DNA of 64,000 nt from positions 70,310 through 134,309 of the forward strand of contig CBFDEM010000026.1 of the NCBI GenBank assembly GCA_965603825.1, read 5' to 3'. Below, piece after piece: positions 24,027 through 36,974 of this stretch; position 1 is the stretch's first letter, and the number at the start of each line of letters is the position of its first letter. Position numbers and translations under genes: made by a program. This DNA is from Blepharisma stoltei ATCC 30299 (Eukaryota; Protista; Ciliophora). The notes below the pieces were generated by a model. That model was not told the origin of the DNA. It saw only the letters and a program-made list of their open reading frames with translations, and did no database searches.

Positions 24027-25814
24027 TTAAATATTTGTCAAAATATTGTTTATTGTTTCTTTCTGCTCATTCAAAGTTATGACCAGCTGCTTCACAATTT
24101 CATCCCTATCTACAGAAACCCCTTGCTGTGGACTTGCCAGCATCTGCATTTTCTGCAGAATCCTTTCAACGTCTTTTCCAAAGCTGACAATCCTTCCTAT
24201 AGCTTTTTGGGTGTTTTCGTCAAGAAGAGAAGAATCTGGCTTGGAGCCTTTAAGGATCATTTTTAAGGCCATCCTTGATTTTTTTGCTAAATATTCCATA
24301 CCATCTTCACTTTTTTTCTGTTCTTCAGCTGATGCTTTTAAAGGTGGAGGCTCCATTGGGAACTCATCAGTATCAGATTCACTAGACTCTACTCTGTGCT
24401 TTCTGACTGGCCGTTCATTTAATGATGCAAAGCCTTCTTGTATAATTGCAATAAAAATGTTATGTACACAACTATATTATATTTACCAAATAAAGAAAAC
24501 AATAAAGGTAAACATATAAAGCTGACCTAAAACACTGTTATCAGCCACACAAGAAGCAAAAAAGCCATAAACAGAGTCTCCGTTTAAAATTGCAAAGTTA
24601 GTGACCATTCCAGCTGTTGTAGTCGGATATAGCCCAGTTTTCCAGAACATGCACATCCCTAAGAACACATACGCCATAAATATAGGAAGAATCCCTACAA
24701 GATAAGGCAGCAGCTTCCCAAAGCTTCTCTTCAAAGTATTTACTATAATGTAAGAATTCGAGCTATGCTCTATAAATCTAACCAGCCCCACCCAAGCACA
24801 AAAACAAGCAATCCCAATAATTTGTTCATGAACTTGCAGGACTGTATCTTGGTCTATCAGCGTCAAAATCCCTGCAAAAATCTGAGCTAAATTCCCTATG
24901 ACTGTAAAAATGACCCAAAGGTTAATAAATTTTATTTTTTCTCTGAATCTCAACGACTCCCAAGCATTCCAGGTATCCATTTCATGCCCTTTTTTAATAT
25001 GTGCCATAATCATAGCTCTTTTTAATAAATAAGCACATACAATTCCGAGAGAAAAACACCCAAGTAAAAATACCATAGCTCCTATCCACAGGTAATTTTC
25101 GAAAATATTGACTAATTATCCCTTACACTCTTTAGAGGAGCAGGTTGTTCTGGTTGTTTTGAGAGAAACATGGATTGAGCCATGATTGTGGAAATCGTAG
25201 AATTGGACGATTTTTCAATGGTAGCAGTTAGAAGAGACATCCATATTGGAGTTTAAATGATGAATCAGGTGAAACTCGATTTCAAATCTCTCAACGTCGC
25301 CTAGGTATTTTCGGACATTATAGTGGGAAAAAGGGCCTAAGTCCTCTTCTGTTAAATAATAGATATTTTTATAGCCCTTATCTTTCCAATCATGCCCTAT
25401 ATAGCTGACAAGAAGTGTAGCAGGCTCTTTATCACCGTTATCTTCATATTCATAGCTATATTGATCTATTGTGTAGCTATTAATATTGAAATATTTCTAT
25501 ATGATAATTACGCTGACGGTTTGCTGGATATAAGTGCTTAGCTCTTGGATGTGGTAAATTGTGAACTGGTTTAGTATTTCTGTGTCGCTTCCTTCGACAT
25601 TTAAGTTCAAAAACATTTTGTTGAACAATTGATATTGGTCATAGGAATAAGATGTGTTTCTATTCACAATTAATAACGCCTGGCAAGTGGTCATTAGCAC
25701 GATTAAAAGCTGGACAACTAAAGCTCAAGGAAATCTCCCATATTTCTCATATTTGTCAAGAGGATGCAAATAGAGTCTGTCTTTAAGACTCATAATTCGT
25801 GTCTGGTCTGACAT
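24027..25814 (-). CDS. Mucolipin/TRPML-like (polycystin family) cation channel
   Basis: RLYLHPLDKYEKYGRFP[W]ALVVQLL N-terminus, FINLW, pore region FAILNGDSVY, S6 NIFIAIIQEGF. Three 15-nt introns at 25497-25511, 25112-25126 and 24472-24486. Confidence 0.88.
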
Positions 25815-26075
25815 TTACATATAATTTTAATTGAATTAAATATAAAATATTTCAACAACGGTAAAATTTCCTTAAATTAGGTATCTTCCAAATATAATAT
25901 TATACTTAAGACTAAATATCCAGCCCTTAAAAAGATGCTATTTTTAGAGCCTAAAAATTCTTTTAAGTGTTAGAAAAATTTTGCTGACTATAATAAAAAA
26001 CACAGTTTATAAAGACAAGGGCTCTGGGTTAAATCAAAGCTTTTATTTTTGTGCAATCTCATAGATAGGATTATA

Positions 26076-26477
26076 TTATGATCTTTCTCCTCTGATTCTT
26101 CTGACTAATTGCATGTCTCTTGGCATAATAGTCACTCTTTTACCGTGAATTGCACAAAAGTTACTGTCTCCAAAAAGTCCAATATGGTAAGATTCAGCAG
26201 CTTCTTGGAGTGCAAGGACAGCTGAGCTCTGAAATCTGAGATCTGTCTTGTATTCTTGGGCAATTTCTCTCACAAGTCTTTGAAAAGGATGTTTTCTGAC
26301 TAAAAGTTCAGTGCCCTTTTGGTATTTATAGATTTCAATTAGAGCTGGGATTTTTAATAATCTGTTTGGAGGCTTAACACCTCTGGGCTTGATCTCAGCG
26401 GCCTTATTTGCAAGGTGCTTTTTAGGAGTTTTTCTTGCTGAGGTAGTCTTTCTTGCTGTTTGTTTAGTTCTTGCCAT
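26076..26477 (-). CDS. Divergent histone H3 variant
   Basis: [11 protein letters not shown]-terminus and histone fold [26 protein letters not shown]...[13 protein letters not shown]. Confidence 0.93.
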   Translation of the reverse strand: MARTKQTARKTTSARKTPKKHLANKAAEIKPRGVKPPNRLLKIPALIEIYKYQKGTELLVRKHPFQRLVREIAQEYKTDLRFQSSAVLALQEAAESYHIGLFGDSNFCAIHGKRVTIMPRDMQLVRRIRGERS

Positions 26478-26600
26478 TTAATAGTCTCACCGAAAGAGAA
26501 ATAGTAAACTTAAGTAGAGAGATGTTTTAATGAAAACAACATAAATAAATTTATTATAATAAGACATATATCTAGGAGATTTTGTATGTTTGAAGTTGTA

Positions 26601-26674
26601 GGTCCCATAGCTCAGCTGGTTAGAGCGCTGTGCTAATAACGCAGAGGTCGTGAGTTCGATCCTCACTGGGACCA
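26601..26674 (+). tRNA. tRNA-Ile (anticodon AAT)
   Basis: Acceptor stem GGTCCCA/TGGGACC, D arm AGCTCAGCTGGTTAGAGC, anticodon loop CT-AAT-AA, T loop GTTCGATC, and a T-run terminator just downstream. Confidence 0.96.
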
Positions 26675-26936
26675 CTTTTTGTTAAATATAGATTAATTTT
26701 TTTGCATTATAGTTCAAATAAATCAGTTAAGGGTTTTCTCTATAATTGTTAGCTTTCAGATTATAATACTTCTCTTATTAGTTTAAAGTTAATTTATTTA
26801 GATTATTTTAAAAATGCTTAATGCTAAAGAAAATGTAATGTTATTTGCTATTATTAGGTCTTAAAAGAAAATATATCTGTATTGCATAACATATATTTAA
26901 ATTTCAAATTTATATCGTAATTATATAAAGAAATAC

Positions 26937-29900
26937 TTAAGAGCTCTTAAGCTTATCCCTTTTCTTCATCAAAGCTTCTTGTCTTTTTATTCCTTTCTTC
27001 CTCTTATTCATAATTTCTTGCCTCCATTTGAAATTCCATTTCTTCTGATGCTTTATTTCAATTTCTTTATTTTGTAGGATAATTACATTTTTCCATAAAT
27101 TCATACGTTTTATTGCCGCTTCTATTTCTTGGATAGAATTTTTTATGGTTTCAGAACAGTCAATATCTTGTGAAGTTATACAATTTATGATGCTGCTAAA
27201 GACTGTTAAAAGCCAATTCATTTGTTTTAGCAAGTAATGGAAATCTAATGGTTTCTTTAAGCTTGCTTTGTATATGCAATCATTGATTTCTGCTTGGAAT
27301 TCTTCTATTATTGAAATTATTTTTAAGAAATTTTTGGATTTTCAGTCTTTTTTGAAAGATAGGGTTTCTTGGACTTTTGAAGATAAAGAGGAAAACAGAA
27401 TTTGCTGCTGAATATTCGACCTTTGCACTCTTTTTCTATATTTTTTAAGCTTCCTTAATATATAGACTTTTTCATGATGGGCTGCAAAAAGCCTAGTTTC
27501 AGAAATCCACGAATTATTAAGCCTCTGCAAACTTTCCTCTTCACTAATCAATTCTTCATGAATAACCATAATTTCCCCATTTTTTAGAGGTGAAGACTGG
27601 CTAATTGCTTGATATTCTTCTAGAGCTGCCAAATTGGCTATTTCTGCAATTTCTTGTATTTCATTTGTTATTCCAATCAGCTCGAATTCTCGATTTAATT
27701 GCACTTTTGTCATTGATTCATATAAAATGCTTGGATTTCCATATTGAATAATTAATAGCAAGAATCCATAGATTTTTGAGGCCAGTCTTGATTTTGATTT
27801 TATGCTTGTATCAGATTTATTGATTTGGCTTAAAATTTTAACTGTCCATTCAAAAAGCTCTGCTGAAATAGATGGCCGTTTTCCTTGAGCGACTCCTTTA
27901 ATTATAATATCACCGTTTCGAGTATATTGGCTCTTAGGTAAATATTTATTGTGAAATTTGGATAATTTTATAGGTGTTCCTAAAGAAATAGCCCAGCAAA
28001 TTACGGCTTTTTCAGTTAATTTGATGACTTGCTCAATATCTATTTCGAAGAATTGAGCATTTAATAAGGACAAAATTGAAGTTGAAGCAGATTCAAAGGA
28101 GCCTTGGTCAAAATAAGAGTCAATATCTAAGTAAGCAACAGCATGATGATAAAATGAATGATTTTTAAACATTTTTTCACCAGAAGCTGATATAGTAGGT
28201 TTGAGTCTTTGGTTTAGCATTTCATGAAAATAAATAGAATACCCTGATAGCTTGCAGAGTTCATAAGACATGAAGAGCTCTTCTACAATTTCAGTTGGTT
28301 CATTCGATTTCCCTGACAATTCCATAAATATTTGCGCCTGAGAAAATAAAGCGTGACTCGCTAGCTTTGTCAGTTTCACTTCAGCTTTAGGCATAAATGA
28401 GCATTTTTCTATAATTAAATTAAGTAAGTTCTCCTTATTCTCTACACTATTGTCCTTATATTTCTGTATCTCTTTTTCAAGAAACGCAATTTCTTTTTTA
28501 TTTTGTTTTTTTATAAAATTTATTGATTTTCTATCTCCATCAGCCAAATCAATAATTCTTTGAAGCCTTTTCTTGTTTATTGAGTATTCTTTATATTCAA
28601 TAGATTCTTTTAAGAATGCTGATGATAAGTTTTCAAGCTTGTAAGGATTTCCATCAATATGGGAATTGATGAAATTTATCATTCATAGCTCTCCATATCT
28701 ATTTATGAGGGCACTGGCTGTTTCAGGATATTTTTTTGATTTTGGGTAGATATTTCTCTCTTTTATTATAGATGTTAATGAAGTAACAATTTCTTTGGAA
28801 AATGCTTTTAGTATGTTTTCTATTGGGAGAATTAAAAATTGCCCTTCTGTATCAACAGTATAGACTCTTTCTATATCTGAAAGATTGATTGATTGCAGCA
28901 AGATATTATTCTTATGCATTAAAACATGTGAAAAATAAGGAAATGCTGCCATTGCTGGAGAAGAAATTAATTGCCGTATACCAAGAGGCGCCAACATAGC
29001 GAAAACCAAGGTTGAATAACGAGAATCAAGTACTTGGGCATTGAAGCATAATAATTTTATAGCCATACTTGAAATCAGCAAAATTTCTTCAAAATCCTCA
29101 TATGGTAGTTTCTGTAAGAAAGATTTTATTGCAGGTTGATAATTGGATCCCAGCAATAATTGTGTAAAAAATGATAAGGCATCCCAAGCTCTACACTCAT
29201 CTATAATCTCTTTAAAACCTTTTCCTCGAAGGAAATCCTTAATTTCCCCAACGCTTTGCCTGAAACAATTCATAAGCACAGAATCATCTTGTTTATGAAT
29301 AAATTTCCAGAAATTTTCATTATAAAAAAAGTATTCTGGGAAATTCGGAAATTTTTTGATAGAAGAGCAAGTAGACTTCTGAGTCACAAAATAAAGTGTG
29401 TTAAGACTGCAAATAACAGAATCCAAAGCAATTTTAGCAGCTCTAACTTCTTCATAATTGCTAGGAGTATTAAAAGGAAGCCATGCAAAGCTTTCTTCAT
29501 TAATTTTCTCCAAAAAGTCAGAATTTTCAAAAATCAAATAGATATTTTTAAAATTTTTAAAATCCATAAACGAAGAAGTCACTGCTAAAGAATTTTCTCT
29601 ATCCATAATATATACAGTTTTCTTCCAATATCCTAATAAAAGCAGCCCTCTAAACGACTCAATCCCCAAGTTTTTCCCATCAAAATCCTTTTTCAATGCC
29701 AAATATTCAGGATTAATCATTTCCAGCACATTATGAACAGCTGAAAACGCTAAATTTGCCCTTTGTGATTGTGCCTTTATAAAATTTGGCTTGTTTAAAT
29801 CACTTGGTTTTAATAAAGGATTATTGGAATATTTAAAAGCTACTGATACGACATAGCGTCCAAGCCTTTCTTCTAACTGATACCTATTGCATACAAACAA

Positions 29901-32900
29901 GCACAATTTATACATCCCAAACTCCTCCAAAGCGTCTAAAATTATTCCCAAAAGTTCAGGAGAAATTTCATCTAAATCAATCAGTTCCCAGGATTCAGCA
30001 ATTTTTTGTGTGCTAATAAGAGATTCTGCAGATTTAAAAGAGTTTAGGAAGGAAGACACGTCTGAGGAGAACATCCCGACGTATTCAATTATTTTTAGCA
30101 TAGCTTGGTCTTCAATGAAAATGTCGGTTTTTGTATTGATGAGCTTTCCGCCTTGGTTGAGAGATGCTGTATGGGGATTGTCAATAATGGAATAGTCTGA
30201 AAGAATGGAGTCTTTATTAAGAGTCGGGCTTAAAGAGTCTATCACAGAGCCTGAGTCCGAAATAAGTCATTCGTCTTTAGGGTCAATATCTTGTAAAACC
30301 TCAAAAATTTCATCATCGTCTTTTATCATACTAAAACTGTCAGCTGAGTTTCCTATTAAAGTAAAAGAATTATGGGATTCTTGAATTAGAGAAAAAGACT
30401 CTTCTGATGCTGGCTCCTCTTTTTCTTCCTCATTTTCTTCCTCTTTTTCTTCAACAATTGTATTTTTATCCTCATCTAAAGTCAGGAAAGCCTGTGGCAT
30501 CAAATTTTCTAAAGCCAATGGGACATATTTTTTTATAAATTTCTGCCTTTCCTTATCAGCCATATTATTTCTACATTTATATATACAGTGCACCAATTTG
30601 TCCCATTTTCTTCCACATCTATAGGCATCTATAGCTCTTATATACTCAAATTTCTCAGTAAATAAATCTCCAGCAGCCTCATAATGCCCACTTGCCAAAT
30701 ATGCTTCTGCAGCTTGGCTTATAAGCCCAATACTTTGATAAATATCAGCTGCCCTTTCATTTTCTTTTGCTGACGCAAAACACCTCGCTGCTTCTTTCAG
30801 CATAAATTCCTTCTCGTCAATTTCAGAAATCCTCAAAAATTCATTCCCAGCTGAAATAAATTCATTTTTTGCTTTTTCTTCTATTTCTTTGCATTCTTTT
30901 TTGAAGTTTCTGTTTTTTGCAGGCCACCATCTCTTTTTTTCTGCGGAAATTAGCTCAGAAGCTTGGCTTGCTTTAAAATAGGCTAAAGCTTTGGATTCTA
31001 GTAAAATGTTGTCAGCAGCCCTAAAGCATTTGGCAGCTTGCTCGTAAAATTGGTGTGACATCATTTTTTGGCCTTGTTCGGTCCATTCTTCTTTGGTAGA
31101 AGCTTTAGTAAAAGTCTGGAACAGTGGGTTTTGGAGGGTTTCAGAATTTTTGAACGTCCCTATTCTTTCTCAGTATGATTGGATTTTTTCTCTATATTCT
31201 GGGTTATCATCATATATGATGAGTCTTATTTTTGGTCGTGTAATGGCGACGTATAGCTGTTTTAGCTCTGTGCAAAGAGTTGAATATTTATTTTTATTTA
31301 TGAGCTTGCTACGGGTTAGCTTAGGTGTTTCATTTTCTAAGTCTTCAAGGCTGCTAGGTTTATAATTAGGGTCATCTTGAATTTTTCCTATATAATCTAT
31401 GCCATTTCTATTACTCGAGCTTCTCAATTTATTACTATAACTAATAATTTATATAAAAAATACCATAATCCTTATTTTTAATAATAAAATGGTATAGAGC
31501 TTTCCAACACCTAACAGGCATCTCTGAATCAGTAAAAACATTATAAAGAATGACATCATCAAACTCCAACCCTTTTGCTTCATAAACAGTCAGGCAGAGA
31601 GCTGTATTTAATGATGAGGGAAGCTTAAATTTTGAGCTTTGATTTCTTACAATGACTACTTGGCTGCAGCCAAACTGTATATTTGACAATTGAGGATTTT
31701 CTTCACTACTGCAATACAAAACTTCTAGCAAATCTTCAGGATTTCCACTGTTAATGATAATAGGATGTGGGCCATCTTTTAAGCTTTTTTCTTTACCCAT
31801 CTTGTCTATAGTCAGCGGGAATAAAGTTTCTAATAGAGCCACAACTGAATTTGCGAGCTCTAAGATTTGGTTGTGAGATCTGAAATTAATTGTAAGTTGT
31901 CGGACTGTAGGAGGCGTCATAGACGCCTCAAAAAACAAGCTTTTTAAGTCACAGAATCTAAAGCCAACACCTTTTGCGATTGTTTGGGCGGTGTCTCCTG
32001 AAAAAACTAATTTTTGGTCTGTAACCTGCATAAGCAAGTTCAGAGTCGCAGACGTCAAATCTTGGACTTCATCAATCATCATATAATGAATTGGGATCCC
32101 TTTATACCCATGATAGTGGATTTCGCACAAAATATAATTCACAAGGTCCTGGAAATCATACCCATTGACGCTCCTTTTCCAGTCCTCATAGAGCCCAAAA
32201 GCTCTATATACCTCAACTTTTTCTTCTTTTGACAGCATTGATGATTTCCTACCTAACTCAAGATACTCTTCTTGGCTTAGGTAAAAACCTCTTGACAAAT
32301 ATGCTTTTGGGCTGCCTTTAATATAAGCAGAAATTTCTGTCCACAAAATCAACGGTGAAAATTTATTTTTCCACGTCAAGCTGGGATAAAATCTTTCAGA
32401 AAAAGCTGCGAAATCGATTTCCCAGCTTCTTATTTGTCGCTGGCTTTCGTCTCAATCTGTCTCATAGTATTTATTATATTCTTCATCAGAATCGCTATCA
32501 CTGATAAATTCAGACTGTTCTCTTTTTTTCTTTTTATAGTCTTTGCTTATTTCAAGGGCTCCCTTTTGCTCATTGTGCCATTCGAAATTGCAGGAGGAAC
32601 CTATTACTCTACCGTTTTTGTCTCTGGAGAAAAAGGGCCTTTCTAGGCTACCATCTATCATTAAGACTAGTTTTCTTATAGTAGCGAATAATGGGAAATC
32701 CTCGTTTTTAAGCAATTTCATTGAGTGTGGGCCTGTATTTATTTCTTTTTCGATTTCTTCAACTTGTGTGAGCTGAGGATTTTCCTTTTTTAATTCTATT
32801 TCTTTTTCTTCTTCTAGATTTTGCTGTTTCTCTTTTGATTTGAGGCCATTTTTTATTAATTTTTTGAGTTTTTTGTAATAAATTTTGACTTCATTAGTAA

Positions 32901-34167
32901 GGACTGGAGAAGCAGTGGCAAAAACAAAATGAAGAGGTAATGGATTATCTATATCTTCAGCTTTTAATTTTTTATTTTTTTGCATTTTATATCGAAACAA
33001 AATTTCAGCCGAAAACATCCTCAACAATGAACAAGTAGTTTTCCCTGTCCCAGACCTTCCAATGGTAAGAACATTTCCTGGAGTGCTTATAAGCTCTAAT
33101 TCTTCATCTGTTAATTTTAAAGTCATATTTGGAAGTGTTTTCAGCAATCTAATAAAGTCTTTGCAGCTATTTTCTTCACTTAAAAGCTTGACTAAATTAT
33201 TTTTGAACTTTTCTTTTTTTTCTCAATTTTCCAAAATATCTGGGTCAGTTCATATCCACCTTCTAATCCCTGCATCGAATGCTATACTGTTTGACTCTTC
33301 TTCAGTTAAAAATAGCTGCGGAATTATTATAGGATAAAACCTGCCCATAGCATTTCTTCATTGATTATTAATGCCTAAACACCCAATTCAGTCAGAATAC
33401 TCAAGCCATCGGTCAGGATCTTCTCTGATATCATCACAAAAATTATCTACTTCGTTGGGAACTAAGTTAGTATTATCGACTACAGAAAGCAATTTAATGT
33501 ATTGCTCGTATGAGTACTCAATAACTTTGTGGTCTTTGATCACAGGAATTCTCTCAACTATGCATGCAGCAATTCCATGTCATTGAATATTAGAATTAAA
33601 ACTATCATAATCTTCCTCAATAAATGGGAAACTAAAAAATACCATCCCTATGCAAGGACCAGTTCTTATTATCTCGCAATTATAGCCCTCTAATATGAAC
33701 CCAAGGCTAAATTCTATCATTTTTTTAAGGAGTGCAACTTTTAGCTCTCGACAAGAATCCTTGATTTTATCGAAAGCTTTTTCAGAAACCCTAAATCTCC
33801 AAGGCACCTGACTTACACCTTCAAAGATATCACAGGATTTTCAGAATGCTGACATCATGCTATGATCTATAATATTGCCAGGCTTCCAAAGTGTTATCTC
33901 ACCTGAAAAATGGTCTTTTTCGTATTTTTCAATTTCATGTGGTAAGTATGTAGTTCAAATTTCGTAAGGGTCGTCTATGACTTCTTTATAGTTAATTGGC
34001 ATGAAAGAGCTGAACTCGTAATACATCTGCCATAAATTGGCGACCATTTTTGAATGGATTTCTTCAACGAGAGATGCTATTGTGGCCTTTAGCTTTGAGG
34101 ACTGGTTGGAATCTTGGCCAAGAATAGAACTGCTTTGTGCTTTTTTAGACTTCTTTGGAAAATCCAT
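26937..34167 (-). CDS. TRANK1/LBA1-like UvrD (SF1) helicase with TPR-like repeats, about 2400 aa
   Basis: Ten track ORFs join through TGA=W, apart from one junction near 31441-31463 that needs an intron. Motifs: GRSGTGKTT, FATASPVL, IDEVQD, SGDTAQTIAKGVGFRF, LTINFRSH, LTVYEAKGLEFDDVILYN, LCTELKQLYVAITRPK, then EW..QG...FYEQAAKCF TPR-like helices. Confidence 0.88.
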
Positions 34168-34876
34168 TTAAAATATATCGAATCTGAAACTGTCCAGGAA
34201 AAATGGCGTTTCACTCAAAAATTTTTCAGGAGTCTTAAATCGAGGTTATGGATCATATATTAATTTCATAGCTTTATTATGTTTATAATCAACATTTAAG
34301 GTCAAAAGATGTTTGATATAAATAAGCAGTATTTTAAAAAAAACTTCACTATAACTAAATATTTAAAATGATATAGCATCTGAGAAAGCTATTAAAGAAA
34401 ATAGTTTATATAGTAATTGGAAGACAATTAAAGGTTTTTGAGTTTTTAGAGGTTAAAAATGTATTATATTCTACATAAAAAAGTTTTTATAAATATTGCT
34501 ATATTATCTATTATTATTTAATGAATACAGTATTTCATATCGAAAAAGATCATTGAATAATTAATATTTAATGCTATATTAACTTATATCTTTAAACCCA
34601 TATAAGATCCTTATATCTCATCATTTAGGTTCCGGAATTAATATATCATAATAACACAGAAAATCACGAATTTTCAGCAAAAAACCCTTTTCTGGAATTA
34701 TTTTATGTGAATTAAGGTATCTTTTCTAATAATTAATTGTATAAGTCTAGTGCAAAATGCTAAAGATAATGTAGGATGCCAATCTCTCTATTATTTCCTA
34801 TCTTCAATGATAATTAAATCTAATCATATCAAAAATCAATTGAAAATGCGTTTTTCTAATAATATTTACTCAGAAA

Positions 34877-35962
34877 ATGGATAAAAAATGTAATGCTAAT
34901 TTAGGTTCGAAAGCTCCTTTATATATGCTTTTCTTTTACCTCACGATGACCTTCCTGATGCTTCTCAATGCTTCTGATTTATCTAATACCAACAGCTTGA
35001 TTTGTTTGCCTTTTTGAACGGTTTGATTACTCGTAGTCTTCTTTTACTCCCGTGCTTCTTTAAAAAACCCAGGCTATATTATTCCTGATCTCTCTTGAAT
35101 GAATGATTTTAAAATGAAGCCTAATGAGCAGACAGATCAATCCTCAAAAGATTCATCTCGCGTAAAGAAAGATTCAGAACCAAAATCAGTAGAATCTCCT
35201 AAATTTTTAAAATTCCAAGACGAAAGAAGCTCAATGCTCCACGACAATTGTATTTCTACAGTCCAGCCAAACTCTGAGCCAATAAGAAGTCAACCAATCC
35301 AATCTTTTACAGAAATTTTGCCTAACAACGAAGATTCCTATACAACTTACAGCGGAAATGGGAGTTTTGAAAACCAAGAAATTGTTGAAGACCAAGAAAA
35401 CGAAATAATCAGCCAAGAGTCAGCTGTAATTGAGACGAGATATTGCATGATATGCAAACTTGACCAGCCAATCAGAGCTAAACACTGCAAAGAGTGCGGA
35501 AAATGTGTAGCTTTGCATGACCATCATTGTCCATGGCTAGGTGTTTGTGTAGGGGAAAAAAACAGACGAGAATTTTATTGGTATTTAGTGTTTCAATGCA
35601 CTGAGCTGTGAATTTCTGATATAGTAAATATTCTGAGCTTTCAAAGCGAGGATGATGTAGTTGCATGAATTTTGGAAAATTGCACAAGGATAATTTCTGT
35701 TGTGCTTTTGGCGTTTTTTACATTGATGGTCAGCAGCCTTTTGGGGTTTCATACTTATATAGCTTTAAATAATGTGACGACGTGGGAGATTATGTCATGA
35801 GGAAAAATTTCGTATTTGAAAAATTTTCCATCGGAAATGGGAAGCCCATTTAGTAAAGGATATTTGAAAAATCTGTATATTTACTGCTGCGAAAAATTGC
35901 CTAAGGGGCATAAGATATGGACTGTGACTCAGGCGAGCGTTGTGAATCAAGTTAAAGTATAA
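34877..35962 (+). CDS. DHHC-type protein S-acyltransferase
   Basis: CMICKLDQPIRAKHCKECGKCVALHDHHCPWLGVCVGEKN, upstream NPG, downstream NVTTWE and PFSKG..KNL. Several TGA=W codons; probable 15-nt intron at 34890-34904. Confidence 0.92.
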
Positions 35963-36173
35963 TTTGATAATTTATTTATAATGTTAAACCAAAATAGTTA
36001 GCATTAGAGATTTTTAAGGATAGGACCTATTTTTGGTATATTTGCGAATAAACTGAGGACATTTATTATAATTTCTTATAATTTAAGAAATTTCCTGTAA
36101 TATTGCTTGGTCTCTAGCTTTCTGAACAAATAACCTTCTAAGTAAGAATGATAAATCCTCAAATTTTTTTGAT

Positions 36174-36767
36174 TTAAGGTATTATTAACTTATTCGCTAT
36201 CTTGCTTGCCAAAGAGAAAGTGAGCTGAATTAGCTTATTAGCATGAATATTTTCCTTTATTGAAATTTCCAAATAAATTATCCCAATTTCATCAGCCAAA
36301 TCTTTTGCTTCTTCATATGAGATTTCTCGATAACTCTCTAAATCCGATTTATTCCCAACTAAAACAGTCTCAAGCCAATTTTCAGTGTTTTCTTTTATTT
36401 TATATATCCACTCCTTGGCATTCATAAAACTCTCTCTTCTTGTTAAATCAAAAACAATAAAAACTCCATTAATTCAACTGTCAATCCTCAATGGTAGATC
36501 TGCTGGTCTCTCTCATTGTCCTGAATTCCACAGCTCAAGCCGAATAGTTTTTCCAAAAAGTTTTAAAACTTTTATGAAAATCTTTATAAAAATTACATCA
36601 TCACGAGGAATAGGTCTAGGATTATTGGAGTTGTAAAAATTTAATATGCTTGTTTTCCCAACAGCATGATCTCCTAGAACGACAAGTCTTATGATGCAAT
36701 CGCTTTATAGAAATCACCAATGCTCAAAAAATGTTTCAGAGATCGCCATTGTTCTGATAAGTTCCAT
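36174..36767 (-). CDS. Divergent Rab-like small GTPase
   Basis: G1 VLGDHAVGKTS, LELWNSGQ in place of WDTAGQE, VFDLTRRESF, G4 VGNKSD. 15-nt intron at 36703-36717. No C-terminal Cys. Confidence 0.75.
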
Positions 36768-36974
36768 TTAATTGGAAATTATCTTTTAATATGCTATGGC
36801 CTGCAGCAAATTAAAGCTGGTTTTGTAGAATTTTAAACTTTTCTGAAGGGATTTCCAATATTTTTAGTTATATAGTGATGCAATTTTGAACCAAATTTAA
36901 ATTATTTTGCTGTTTTTGGAGATTATTAAGATTTCAAATTAAAAACCTTCAATTAGTTAATAATTGTTAAATTA

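Noticed and set aside
26487-26675. 62-aa ORF MVPVRIELTTSALLAQRSNQLSY
   Set aside because: Antisense translation of the tRNA-Ile gene.
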